Assembly: GCA_030141605.1 (NCBI GenBank)
Contig: JAQGDQ010002384.1
Location: 62,001-126,000, forward strand
Reading direction: 5' to 3'
DNA from: Tubiluchus corallicola
Taxonomy: Eukaryota; Animalia; Priapulida
Length of the DNA: 64,000 bases
This document shows, piece by piece, positions 1 to 13,050 of the stretch (its first letter is position 1; every line of letters starts with the position of its first letter). The notes below the pieces were generated by a model. It did no database searches, was not told where the DNA came from, and saw only the letters and a program-made list of their open reading frames with translations. The position numbers and the translations under genes were made by a program.

Positions 1-433
1 ATACCAAACTAATACTTCACATTCAAATACCAGAACATTATTATAATTTTTATATTAGAAGCGATTATTTAAACATAACGTATCTAGACAGCATTGCAAC
101 TCGCTGTATAAAATGCAAAGACACCTCTACGGATTTTAAATTGAATTGTCAAACCGTTAGGTTTGGTAAGGGGCGACAAGATTCATAATTTAGGTCCACA
201 AAACGAACTTATTTTTAACAGGTTTTAATAACTACAGCTATCTCATTCTTCGCTTAGTTCTTCTAATTATTTTGGATATTTTGGTCAATCTTTTCTTCTT
301 AATTAAACGCTGTATTTAAATTGCCAATTTTGCACTGCTTTTTACGATTTTGATCAGTTTACGCTTCTTACCTTTGTACTGTATTTTAATATTTTGATCA
401 GTCTTCTTCTTTTTTATATTGCATTTTAGTTGC

Positions 434-624
<191 letters not shown>

Positions 625-962
625 GATCGACAACACATGTAGTTATGTCATATTTAGATCATAATTGACTTGAGCACGCTATTTCAACCTCCTGGTATTT
701 TACAATTTCAAGTAATATTTTGTTTATTCGTATAACTGCGTATAATTATAAAAATAGTTAAATTTATTTAACACCTTTTAGTACTAACACTTGCAACACT
801 TAGAGGAAATAATAATCTGTTACTATTTTCAATGTAGCAAGGTAAAAAATAAACTCTCATTTTACCATATCATTCGTGAAATTTCCCTTTTCATCCCATC
901 AAAAGGCTTAATAATTCTGAGGGAGCAGCCTGGTTTTACTCAGGGTTTTGAGTTCGGTTTGC

Positions 963-1230
963 AGTCGTATTATATTATATTATATCATATCATATCATAT
1001 CATATCATATCATATCATATCTAATCATATCATATCAATTATTGCTTGTGTTGTGTTGTTTTGTACTGCATAATATAATATAAAATTCGTCGACGAACAT
1101 ATGTTTATACTATATAAAATAATATATTGCGAATTGATATGATGTAGTGTTATGTTATGTTATGTTATGTTACGTTACGTTACGTTATGTTATATAGTAC
1201 CGCATCATATCACATCATGTTATATCATAT
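963..1230. repeat. Pentanucleotide microsatellites (ATATC)n and (GTTAT)n
   Basis: ATATC run at ~983-1037 and GTTAT/GTTAC run at ~1148-1192. Confidence 0.8.
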
Positions 1231-1293
1231 TGTCCTTTATACTATAGGGGAAAAACGTTAATTGTCAGACAAACAATACGAGATTTTTCTTAC

Positions 1294-4129
1294 CTGTCTC
1301 TGACACCAGGCAAATGTCTAATCAAAGGAAACATATCGATAAGCGATAGATACGGATTTGAAACCTCCTGTGCCATTCTCAGCATCAAATTGGTAAATTT
1401 TGGATTTTCGTATTCAAATCTTTTACCAAATAATATGGAACTTATGATATTCCCAGAAGCGTTATGAAGATAGAGTCTTGCGTCAAAGGGCTCTCCTTTT
1501 TTATCCTTGAATACATTCGCTAGAGCTGAGAATTCTTCCCGTATCTTGCTTTCTAAACTGATTTTTCCCATTCCAAAGTCTCTCAGCGTTCGCAGGAGAA
1601 ATTTTCTCTGCACTTTCCACTGCTTCCCAGCTGACATAAAGATACCCGCTACAGCAAACAATAAAAACTAGTTGACAACGTTTCTGATGTGGAGAGAAAC
1701 TGGAGTTTTTGCAAACAGTGGCTATAGAATTAGTTACAGAAGCAGTTAGAATTTCAAAAAGTGTCAACATTTTATCTGAAAATCACAATTTTGATTTTTA
1801 TTGAATTCACATTACTGCATTACCTATGAACTGTACTTCAAAATGAAATCGCAACTTGTAACTTTTCCACATGTGACCTTTGGGTCAAAGGTAGGTTAAC
1901 TCCTGTCAATTTATGCCATTCAGTTCATCTCGTCAAGACCTTTCATCAGATATGCTACAAGCTGTAGTTCAGGTCAACACTAGAAAGTTTTTGCTCCTCG
2001 AACCCTAATTAGTCCCTAATGGGGTCAGGGACCAAACAATCTCGGCGCTACTTATACCATTCACTTTGCCCCATTGAGACCTTTCATTTGGTATACTACA
2101 AGCCACTATTTTCCAAGTTACTATGCTCTAAGACTGGAAAAACATCTGTGCCGACCCACCCATTTTCAGGTTTTGGCTCCTAACGGATTTTTTTTTATTA
2201 TCCATCGGGCCCATACTCAGCCATGCCTCAGGATTTGGCAACATACTAAAAATCGTGGCTCTAGCTCACAAAGTGTAACAGAAGATAGAATCTAACGAAA
2301 AATGATACATATCTACTGTCTCGACCCTTTCTACCGAGGTTATCATTCAGCATTCGGTTATCCATACCCGAGTTCACACACCAGGTACCTGCGCTGTAAG
2401 TTCCTAAATACTTGTGAAAGAAATGAAAAATGTAAGAGCCATAATTAGGAGGAGATGCGATCTAAGGGAAAAACGAAATGACGTCCACTGAGTGATTCTG
2501 TTTCAATGACAGGAGTAATTTTGAGTGACAGCTTTCTCTGCACATAAGAACGTTCAGTAGGGAAGCCTTATTTAAACGGTAGCAGTCGTGAAAGAGGATG
2601 GCAGAGTTAAAACCACCTGTCGTCATTAGCAACGGGTGTTAGTGGTCATTAACAGCCTGTTGTCATTAGCAACATGGTCTTAATAAACTATGATGAGTCA
2701 TTCCAAAAAAACAATGCCGCCGAAAAAGACAATGGAAAAGGAGCAAAGAAAATTGCGCGATTTAATGGCATAATATTTTTTTTAATTATTAACATCTAAA
2801 ATATAAGTCAAGTATAAGAAAATTTCTTATATTTACTAAGCTTCTGCTTGGTGGTACAGTCGGTCTCTCGCGAGTGCAACTTGACAATCAACCACAAGTT
2901 TTCAAATGGGTTTAAATACGAAGAGTGCCGGGCCAGTAAACTTTAATGTTCTCGTTTTTCAAGAAATTTTTGGCGACTCCCAATGGAACATCAGGAACCT
3001 CTTTCGCATCCCTTGTATCCGTCTTTTTGTTAGAACCCCAATATACTGCTGCGCTCACATCATACTGGTAGCAATATACAAATTACGCCAATTTATATTA
3101 GAGATGCTGTTTAGGGGATTTGATAACGTGCATGTCCCATTTAATGGCCGAGAAATACTATGAGGGGTGGGTAGGAAAATGCGATAAAATCTGTCAGTGG
3201 TTCAATTAATTTGCACAAGGGTGTAGTGTCTGTCTCCATTTGTTGGGGGTAGCCTAATGAGTCACCCATGGAGTGTGTTTCTGTGAGTTTTGTTACACTA
3301 GCCGTGTGCGTGTGCAAGTTATTAAAGAAACAAAAAGCACAAGGAAGAATAATAGGCTAAATAAATGATAAAAACGGCTATTAAGCCAACAACAACAGCA
3401 GTGCCAATTGAAAATGGGGGGGAACATTGCACCAACAGAGCAGAAATAAAGAGAAAAGGGAAAATAAACAGTGAGAAAAGAAATATTAAGAGTGAAAAAA
3501 GAAAAAAAGTATAACAGAAACGACGAGACACGTGCCAACAGAAGCAAGCGAGAAAGAGACGCAGCACAGGAAGAGTGAAACAGAAGGAGAAAGAAGAGCG
3601 ACGAAAGAGAGAAAGGAGAATGACAAGGAAAGAACACGTGAGAATAAAGTTGAGTTAAAAACAACAAAAAGAAGAAAGTAGCAATGAAGAAGATATACGG
3701 AGTGAAAAGCCAGTGAGGAGGCAGAAAACCAAAGAGAACGCTGCATATGTGGACACATTGTCCTACATCAAGTTCAAATTGCAACCTTAAAATACCTCTT
3801 TCTTTGAAACCGTTCACGTGGAATGTCTGGTCAATAATGTAACTGTCGGCCCTAGAAGAAAATATTTCTCCCTTCTTAAGGAATGCTTCACGTCCAGTTT
3901 CGAAATCATTGATAACCACGGTAAATGCAGATCCCAGATAGGTACCAATCACGCTGCCATGTTTTCTAGCCAGTTGCTGAAAATATGCACTCGGATTTTT
4001 GCCCATGGAAAAGAGTACTCCCAGAAAAGGCCAGCCAACTGGTCCCGGTGGAGCGCCTGTCGGCCGCTTCACGCAGTGCCATACGAAAAATCCAAAAATT
4101 AAAAGTAAAACATACAGCAAGTAAAGCAT
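1294..4129 (-). CDS. Cytochrome P450, clan 2 (CYP2-like) paralogue A; first two coding exons, gene continues beyond the left edge
   Basis: Exon 4129-3796 has a TM anchor (MLYLLYVLLLIFGFFVW), the PPGPVGWP hinge and a phase-1 GT donor. Exon 1648-1294 has an AG acceptor, the C-helix WKVQRKF, LRDFGMGK and a phase-2 GTAAG donor. Exon lengths of 334 and 355 nt match paralogue B. Confidence 0.92.
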
Positions 4130-4468
4130 GACGGTAAAATAATTTTTTATGTTAAAATATTCATACACACATACATACATACATACACACGGAAGGCGTC
4201 GACCACGTGACGCAGCTTTGTAAATACTGTACTATCTCGATTATAAGACCCTAGAAACTGCGCTAGTACCTACTGCGCATTCCTGGGTAAATGGCCTTGA
4301 GTGGCGTTTATTGATTTGGAACTTATTTACATTAGTAAACATAATACGGACTCCTGGTTCCACAGCCAGCACGCTATACGAAATAGACAGCTCTGCTTGC
4401 CAACTGGAGTTAGGTTCGCTACTCTGAAACTGCAATATAAAAATTCTGTTTTGTTATCAGCAATAACA
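4130..4468. promoter_or_regulatory. Compact divergent promoter region between P450 A and B
   Basis: Only 339 bp separate the divergent ATGs. Contains palindromic TTATAA 4241-4246, E-box CACGTG 4204-4209, ARE-like GTGACGCAGC 4207-4216 and XRE-like CACGCTA 4370-4376. Confidence 0.55.
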
Positions 4469-7400
4469 ATGTTTCCAACGTTGCTCATCGCGGCAGTTTT
4501 GCTCATTTTGTTACTATTTGTATGGCAGTGGAAGAAACGTCCCGAAGGGGCACCGCCGGGCCCTGTGGGCTGGCCCATCGTTGGTTCGATGTTCTCAATG
4601 GGAAAGGACCCAACCGCGTATTTTGAAAAGCTCACAAAACGGTATGGCAACATTTTCGGGCTGTACATAGGACCAACTTTCAACGTGGTCATCAACGATT
4701 TTGAAACGGGTCGTGAAGCTTTTCTGAAACATGGAGATGTATTTTCTGGAAGGTTCGAAAGTTTTACAATCGGTGAAATTATGGGAGACGATGAAATGCG
4801 TGGTAAGTACTGCGATCATATAGCATTTGTAGTTGTGTTTTTAAAGAACCGCTTTCTTAATGTCTAATTTATATATTCAAAAAGCCAAGATTTCTTTGAT
4901 CTTGAACAAGTGATTTAAAATATCAGAGACCTTTGCAAAAAAGCTTGAAAATTTTGGTATGTTAACTTATGTAGTTTATAAATCCATCCAAGTTAGCAAA
5001 CGAGTATGGTGGGGAAGTTACACAAATTCCATCCTCACAGTAGTTGCAAAACAGTTGTGTTAGCTTAATGAAGTTATCTTAATTTTACATACTATTAACA
5101 AATAATAGTCTTTCTATCTTTTATATCATCCTATATATATCAGCTTGATTCATTACAGCATTCCATTTTAAGCACTAATGTTTTTTTAATCACGATTCAC
5201 TTTAAATTTTCAGATTATCTCCATTACTTTTTTTCTATCACTGTGTGGGACAATCTAACAAGCCCTGCATTTTGATTGTCCTCAACACATTTACCTTCGT
5301 ATATAAGTGAACGGTGTATGAGGCTTTTCCTGTGCAGTATTTCTTATTTGTATTATGTTCATTGTAAGCTCTTTCACTAGATATTGTACATGAAACTATT
5401 GTAAATGTGTAATGTGAAATAGATGACCTATGACTATTCGAGAATAGTACTGCAAACAATGAAGCATTGTGTAATACAGGTATGCAACTATTTGCTTCAT
5501 TGGACGTGGACGCTTCAGGTAATTTTGCTAGCCGTATACCTAAAACTTAATCACTAAATTCTTTCGAAGAAAGTCAATAATTCAATATTACGACCCAATA
5601 ATTCAGGGATATTGGTTGGTTGATTGATTTTGCAACATAGATTGTGAACAACATTATTGCTAGATCCTGTTATCCTGTTATGCAACTTAAACATCTAATA
5701 AGAAACTACAATCCAAAGAGACTAAACAATAAACACTGGACAGTGAAAAGCAAGAAATTACTGTAACATTGTTTGCAAAGTTATTTCATCATGTAAGTGT
5801 GAACAGGCCCTAATGTTGCACTTTTGGATTACAGGGCTTGTGATGTCAGAAGGAAGACGATGGAAAGAACAGAGAAAATTTGCTCTGAGTAAACTCAAAG
5901 AGTTTGGAATGGGAAAGATTAGCTTGGAGAAGAAGATAAAAGAAGAAATATCAGCCTTTCTGAACGAGCTAAAGGATAAGGAAGGCAAACCTTTCGATCC
6001 TAAACTATATCTTTCAAATACAATTTCAAATGTCATATGTTCCATAGTATTTGGAAACCGTTACGAATACGATGACTCGGCATTTATCAAGTTAATGGAC
6101 TACATTGCTCAAGATGTCCAAAATCCTGACATTACTGGGTTTATTGATGTCTTTCCGTGGCTGAGGTATCTCCCAGGATTTAGATCAAGGTGGGTCAGAC
6201 GATCTTACTCATCGTGCAAAACCTGTTGTAGCTAAATTAGGAAACAATCTCATTCATGAAGCGCTATTGGCCATTTTGAGCATTTTTTGGCATTTTTGTT
6301 TAACAATCAGTAATTTATTACACTGAAACTACTGATTTTTTGGTGTAGTAGGCTCACATATTTCTTCTTATTCGAGTAGTTTGGTTTCATCTAAAGTTGT
6401 TCCTTTGTTCGTGAGGTGGCAGAGACTGATTGGTAATTGATTACTAGTCGATTGTCGATTGATCACCAAAAAAGCCAATCCCCGAATGGTAACACATTTG
6501 CGCAAATATTCGTTGCCAATACAGCTCTTCTGTGTTCTAGCGTCAACCTTAGCATTTACTCTCTTTGTTACCAGATGTCCAATTTATAGAAATCCGGTAA
6601 TTGTTACAAATTTAGTTACGGTTAACTTTAGAACATTGTTAATTTTTGACATGTGTTACCAGTTATCAATTTCTTTATGCGCGTAGAGTGTCCGTTCTTA
6701 CATGCTCTTACAATAAGCCAGTGATTATTAATACCATTTAATTCTTGATGTTTAAAAGTCACCCTGTTCGTTTGTGTGCCTGGCCTTGAATCCTGCCGCG
6801 GCCGCACTAGGCTAAAAATAAAACAACAATATATTTTGTGGAAATAGAGAGCTTCTTTTCAACAAAAATAGATCTCCAGACCATTAAGCCACTGGTTACT
6901 CTTTGTAGATCAAAGGCTACTAGGTTATGGACTTTGGTCAGAATATTTACCTACATGATAGTCTATTAACGCTAAATTCAACAACATAAATATAAATAGT
7001 GTTGATTGGCGTTTAAATGTTTGGGAACATTGATTATTACGTGTATTATCTGTTACGTGTTAAAGATTGATAAACAGCGATTTTGACTCTGTTCTTTTCT
7101 TATGCATATAAGTAAAAACCGAATGCCTTCATTTCAATCAGTGGTGTTGAAAAAGTAAAAATACTTCGAGTTATTTGTTCAGTAAAGCTCATTTCACAGC
7201 GAGGACGCAAAGAAAAATGACGTACGGAACTGCTGTCAGAAAATCAGAAAATATTTATGAAAATTTCCAATTTTTCTCGAAATCCCATTTACATGCAGCA
7301 AGGTAGTTCATTTCACAGTGAAATTGCGCGGTTTTTTCCGCACGCGCAGTTAACTCAACTTAACTGCAACTACTTCGCAAGTTTTATACTGTATAATCAT

Positions 7401-10400
7401 GTTTAAATTAAGTTTTGCTTACCGAATTTCTCATATGCAAAGTACAATTAGCAAAAGTATTTATTAATCAAAGTATTTTTACACCTGTTTGTTTTTAGTA
7501 AAGTTTTACTAATGACTTCAAAATCTAAAAATATACATGTACAGTATAACATAAATATATTCGTTATTTTTGTTTTTACGAATATAGCCATCGATGTTGC
7601 ATTAAAAAAACACAAAATCGTCAGTCTGTTAAAGGAGAAATTAAATCTTAGAAATTAAATCTGCTGAAACGTGTTAATTGTTGTTCGTTAAATAAGAAAC
7701 AATTAACAAAGTAGTTAAATTAAAGACTGAATTCTACGAGAATTCTTCAAGAAAATGGAACATACAGGCAAAATTCCTTACGAGGAGGACGCATAGCTGC
7801 TAGCTGGCAGCAGAATTCCCCAAGAGGAATTGCACGAGGAATTTTGCTGCGCGTCCTCACTGTGAAAGGCGCCATAGAAAACAATGTGTTTCATTTTCGC
7901 GAGGAATTCCTCAAAGAATTTCTCCTCTAGGCATTCTGTTGCGCGTCTTCACTGTGAAATGGGCCTCAGCTTTCCTAGAAATTAACTGCTTAGTCATCAT
8001 TATTTCAGATACAAGAAGTTCATGGAAAATGAATTTCACATTATGGACTTTATAAAAAGCCATGTGGACGAACACACGAAAACGTACAATCCAGATGACT
8101 TTGTTTCTCTTATTTAATGAAAATCCATTGTATTAATTCCAAATCCATTCCAGTAACCTAATATTGTACTCTAACTGTAATGGTGACAAAATTTTTACAT
8201 TGGCTTTTGATTATAATGTCTCTAAGCTTTTTTGAGCTGTTTTGTACCTCTCTGAGTAAGCAAGACAGGACGATTTTTCATATACTACCCCATTTTCAAC
8301 ACTGATAAAAAGTACACATTTTTAGACAATTAATACTACAAACGCATTTCTGATAATTAAATAATAGATTACAAACTTAATTAACGGCAGGCGAGCCCAA
8401 CTATTCATGACATCACAAATTAACATAATTTTCAACAACAAAAATATTCCACGAGTGTGTTGCACGTGTTTGCGAAAGCAAAAATTGAAGTACAATGCTA
8501 CTGTAAAATATTCAGCAAGTTTTAAGATAAAAATTCAAATTTCAAATATACCGCTGTGATCACGTATGAGCTTTCGAAACGGTGTACGTTTGTCACAGAC
8601 TAGCACATTTGAACTGAGAGGTACAGCACCCGTTTTTTGTGCAATGCGTTTCCCAAATGCAGGTGCTAATGCCCGTTTAACTAGCGAAAGGCGAAAGGCC
8701 TGTAACAGCGAAGAACTAGTGGTACGAACATGAAATTGTGTTTGTGTGGTAATAATTCTTTCACGTAAGTCATTTTTGAAAAAATAGTATGTTTCCTTTC
8801 AATATTTGAAAGAGTTGATTGTTTTGACCTACAGTTTAAGATTGGATCCTGTTTTGCTTTAATTTTGGTTGCAACCATGTTGACAAAGGACGAGAATCGT
8901 GCAAACGACACAGTTTAGAGTAGAAATAAGTAAACGTGGAAAAGCAATTTCAAAAAGCACTTGAAGTCAAATTTTTAATAAGTGTAATCAATTTTAATGA
9001 CGTTGTAGCAGTAAAATAAGATTTCTGACATGATCAGAAGAGAAATGAGTTAAACCCGAGTTGAGATGAGATGGCTTCTTCATTTTCAATTCTGACACTA
9101 AAGAAATGTGTTTACAAGAAAAAAATCAAACAAAATATCAGAGACTTTTAATTCAAAAGTCGAGATGCAAGGTTATTTAATCAATTATTGTTCATATAAA
9201 TTCACAACTAAACCTTGAAATATCTTAAATATGGGGCGATTTGACGTGACAGAGTTCCAGGTTAGCTCACTTCCCTTTTCTCTGCCTCTTTTAGCATGTT
9301 AAAAGGGTTCTAGCATATTAACAACTTCGAAAAATCACTCGAAACACTTAATTATTGTGACACTAATAGATAAATTCAGTAAAATACAAATTATTGATTT
9401 TTTGCAATAATGGGTGCCAAATCTGTTAAAATAGTAAGTATTTAACTTTTTTTCAGTTAGTGAGCTTATGTGGGTTGCAGCAGACTGTTTCTTTGCTGGA
9501 ACCGAAACCACGTCATCAACACTTTATTGGGCGTTTATTTACTTGCTGCATTATCCCGATGTACAGAAACGCGTGCAGAAAGAAATTGATGACGTCATTG
9601 GAAAATCAAGGCTGCCATCTGTAGCCGACAAACCAAACATGCCTTTCACGGAAGCAACTTTAACTGAAATACAAAGAATGGGTAATGAAAGTGTTGGCAA
9701 AAATAAGAAATTTTTTGTTGACCATACTGATGATTTACAAACTATATTAACATTCATTGCTACTATCATCCTAATTTTCTAATTTTTTCCATGGCACTTT
9801 TTTCCATATATATGTAGCTTATATCATAGAACTTACAAAAAGGCTTTTAAAATGTTGTTTCGTATTTACATCCAGAGCTAAAGCAACATGATACTAGTCA
9901 TTTGTGATGGCCTGCAATTTTTGGTCTTTTGAAAGTAGTATTTTCAACACATTTTCAGGAAACATTGTACCACTTGGAGTACCACATTCCACTTCAAAAG
10001 AGGTGACGTTTCAAGGCTACAGAATACCAGCTCGTACGACTGTAATGTTGAACTTGACTGCCATCCATCAGGATCCGGTCATGTTTCCGGAACCTAATCA
10101 CTTCCGTCCTGAACGCCATTTGAACGACAAAGGAGAGTTTGTAAAGAATGATGCAGTAATTCCATTTTCAGTTGGTGAGATTTATTTTACACATAGAGAA
10201 AGAAGAAGAAAAAGAAAACCTTCTAATGGAGGGGGTGTGGGATAGATGGTTATAGCATCTATTTACAAAACCTCATCAGAAGGGAAGGACAGGCAGATAG
10301 ACCTTTTTTTCTTTCACCAATACATAACCAATTATCGGTTAAGTTTGAGTAAGGCTAGAAAGGTGATCAGAGTTTGCACAGGTGTTGAAACTTGGATTCG

Positions 10401-10608
10401 AACCAAGAACCTCTGGATTGGCTTTCAGGTGTTGTAACCACACAGACACCTGACACAAAGTAGAGCAATGTTTTGGTTATAGACATTTTATTACTTGGAA
10501 GCAGCATACCTTTTGTTACACATTAACACCTGGTTAGGCAATGTGATGCGTCCACCATTGCATGCCACTAACCTCCAACACATCTAGCCCATTTTTCTAA
10601 AAAAGTGT

Positions 10609-10643
<35 letters not shown>

Positions 10644-11832
10644 TCCTATTATACATATATATAATGTAAACATATATATATGTATACATTATATATATGT
10701 ATGTATACATATATAATGCTCATCTGCGCTCTCGTACAAACTCACAAAGGGAATTTGAATCTTGTTAAAAGGACATAGGTATAGCCAACAAGGAAGACAT
10801 TTTCTTATAGGACAGTGTTGAAGACAAATCTCCAACAAATCAAGCCAACATATCAAAAAGTGTTTTATGTCTATATAATGCTCGCCTTGGCTCTCATTCG
10901 AAAACACAAAGGGAGTTTCAATCTTGCCAGAGGGACACGGGTATAGCCCACTAGAAAGGCATTTTTATAGGACAGGCAATCACAAATTCCTGAAAGGTAG
11001 TTAGTCATGTAACTGAACTTGATCACCGTCAGTAAAAATAATACCACAATATAGAATAGTTATTTAGTCCATTAGCAATTTAACTAAATAATGTCACAAT
11101 GCTACCAAATCGTACACACTTTTAATTTTGCAGTTATGCACATGCAGCATGAACAGAAGTAAAATCAAACAGTGCTCTTCTGAGACGTCCCATTATCGTA
11201 ATCATAAATAAGACAATGTGCCTTATCTCTACCTTACAGCTAACAAAGGTCCTGTGAAAAACGAAAACTTCTGTGTCTTAATGGGCCCTTTGTATTCTTT
11301 GCGATTTGAATGTGAGTCTTTGAATGTAAGTAAGACTCTGTTTATGTTTCCAAAGATCCTGAATACGTTCTACCACTTTCAGTAGTATGGAAATTATCGG
11401 CCTAAAACCGCTTGCAAATAGGCCTAATCAATGAAAGTTCTAATGCAACATGCAGGTTTGTAAAAACGGCTTTTGCAGCTTCAATAAAAACCATTAACGG
11501 TAACTGCAAAATGAAATGAAGAATCATTTTAAAATCAGTTCAAAAGAAGACAAAACGAACTTACTAGTATCAGCAGAGTATTAAGAGAAAAACATGTGCA
11601 AGTCCTATTATGGCGCACTAGAGTTTTATAAAATAGTTTTGTTTGTTTAGGTCGACGTGTCTGTCTTGGTGAAGCTTTGGCAAGAATGGAGCTGTTTTTA
11701 TACTTCACGAGCATACTGCAAAACTTTGACATTCAGCTACCCCCTGGTGCTCCTAAACCGAGCTTAGAACCACATTTTGGTTTCCTAGTGTCAGCTCCCG
11801 AACCTTATAAGATTCAAATGAATGTTCGTTAA
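4469..11832 (+). CDS. Cytochrome P450, clan 2 (CYP2-like) paralogue B; exon 3 truncated, probable null allele or young pseudogene
   Basis: Exons 4469-4802, 5835-6189, 8009-~8100 (no donor, runs into TAA 8115-8117), 9457-9681, 9959-10174 and 11651-11832. Motifs: PPGP, WKEQRKF, I-helix AGTETT, K-helix EIQR, PERH and heme loop FSVG|RRVCLG. Confidence 0.88.
7186..7965. mobile_element. MITE with imperfect TIRs (PIF/Harbinger-like)
   Basis: Left end AGCTCATTTCACAGCGAGGACGC is the approximate reverse complement of right end GCGTCTTCACTGTGAAATGGGCC. Flanks are TAA/TCA, with internal GAGGAATT subterminal repeats. Confidence 0.5.
8257..8862. mobile_element. ~600-bp TTAA-flanked MITE (Kolobok-like), copy 1
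   Basis: Colinear with 22682-23259 and 36734-37310. Right end CCTGTTTTGCTTTAA is inverted relative to left end TAAGCAAGACAGG. Confidence 0.6.
10390..10450 (-). mobile_element. tRNA-derived SINE head (degenerate)
   Basis: Minus strand reads GGTGTCTGTGTGGTT (A-box-like) ... GGTTCGAATCC (B box), with no intact cloverleaf. Confidence 0.4.
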
Positions 11833-12615
11833 TCAACATTAATAAGATAGAATATAGCTGTACGTGAATAGAGAGAAAAATTACTTTAAAAAGAGTTGTT
11901 TTTTTTTGCTAAGTGCTGTCAGAAAAGTTTTAGTGTTAAAGAATTGTAAATTTAAAAAAATATTTAAGTAACGTTTTTTTGTGATTAGGTTTAAAACAGA
12001 AATAGTTTAAGTAAACATTTTCAGCATGAGAAAGCTGGTTGCAAACTAGATTTTACATGTTGGCAGTACTTGATGGCTTAAACTTGCTTTAACGTGAAAT
12101 ATAGATAATTACTCGATCTATCATCGTGAATTTTGTAATTTCTTTTGTTTACATGTGTCCAGTAGCCAATATTCAATAACTACTTGTGTGTTTTGCCTGA
12201 AAAACAAGCATCATAGAAATTCCGTTGCCTTACATTTGGTGAGGTATCACAGATTCAGCAGAATAAGATTTGCGCGTTAACATTTTCATTTCATTTTTTT
12301 ATTTGAAACCTCTTGGCACCAGTGAATTATAGTAGTTACCACTATATTACTTCAGAAGGCAGACGATAAAACACTTATAAAAATAAGGTTAGACGTTAGT
12401 AACGTCAAATCATATTTATTTGATTTTTTTCTTGTGCCATACAGATTGAAAATTTGTTTGTTTGTTGTTTTTTGTCTGTTATTTGTTTTTCGTGCATTGA
12501 TTCGTTTGTTTGTGTGCTGATTCGCTTACTTGCGTACCTGTTTATTCGTGTTTCTGCTAGTTTTCTCTCATTTTTTAAAATTATTTTCTTAATGACATTT
12601 TTATTTAGACTACAA

Positions 12616-13050
12616 CAGTGGCTGATTTAGGGGGTGTGCTCAAGGGGCCTGGGCCCTCCCTTTCACAGTAACAGTTACAACACACCAAATGAATATTTTC
12701 TCTGAATTATACGCATTACAACGATTTCCTAAATCCTAAAGATGCCTTATATCTGTAAAACTCATGTATCACCAGAAAACAAATGTAAATGATTGTACAT
12801 TCATGTATGCTGTATAATGTTTATCAATATATTGGCATGTAATCTTAAATCAAAGGTGAAATGAAACCTGTTCTAAACTAGTGAGCGTCCTTGAAGAAAT
12901 GGCTTTTAGAAGGCAGAAAAGTGGTCGAAATGCAGTAAAATGTGTTGTTGTCCGGGTGGACCTCGTTGGGGAGCTTACACCGCTCCCCCAACCCCCGTAA
13001 GTGCTTTTCTGTTGGACTCACCGTTGTTCTAAAACCTGTATCCGCCCCTA
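12616..13050. mobile_element. Degenerate hAT-type MITE
   Basis: Imperfect TIRs CAGTGGCTGATTTAGG ... CCTGTATCCGCCCCTA; the 8-bp flanks are only partly similar. Confidence 0.4.

Noticed and set aside
3293-3795. Hydrophobic C-terminal part of the 295-aa ORF as a multi-pass membrane domain
   Set aside because: It is read-through into a pyrimidine-rich intron after the GT donor at 3795.
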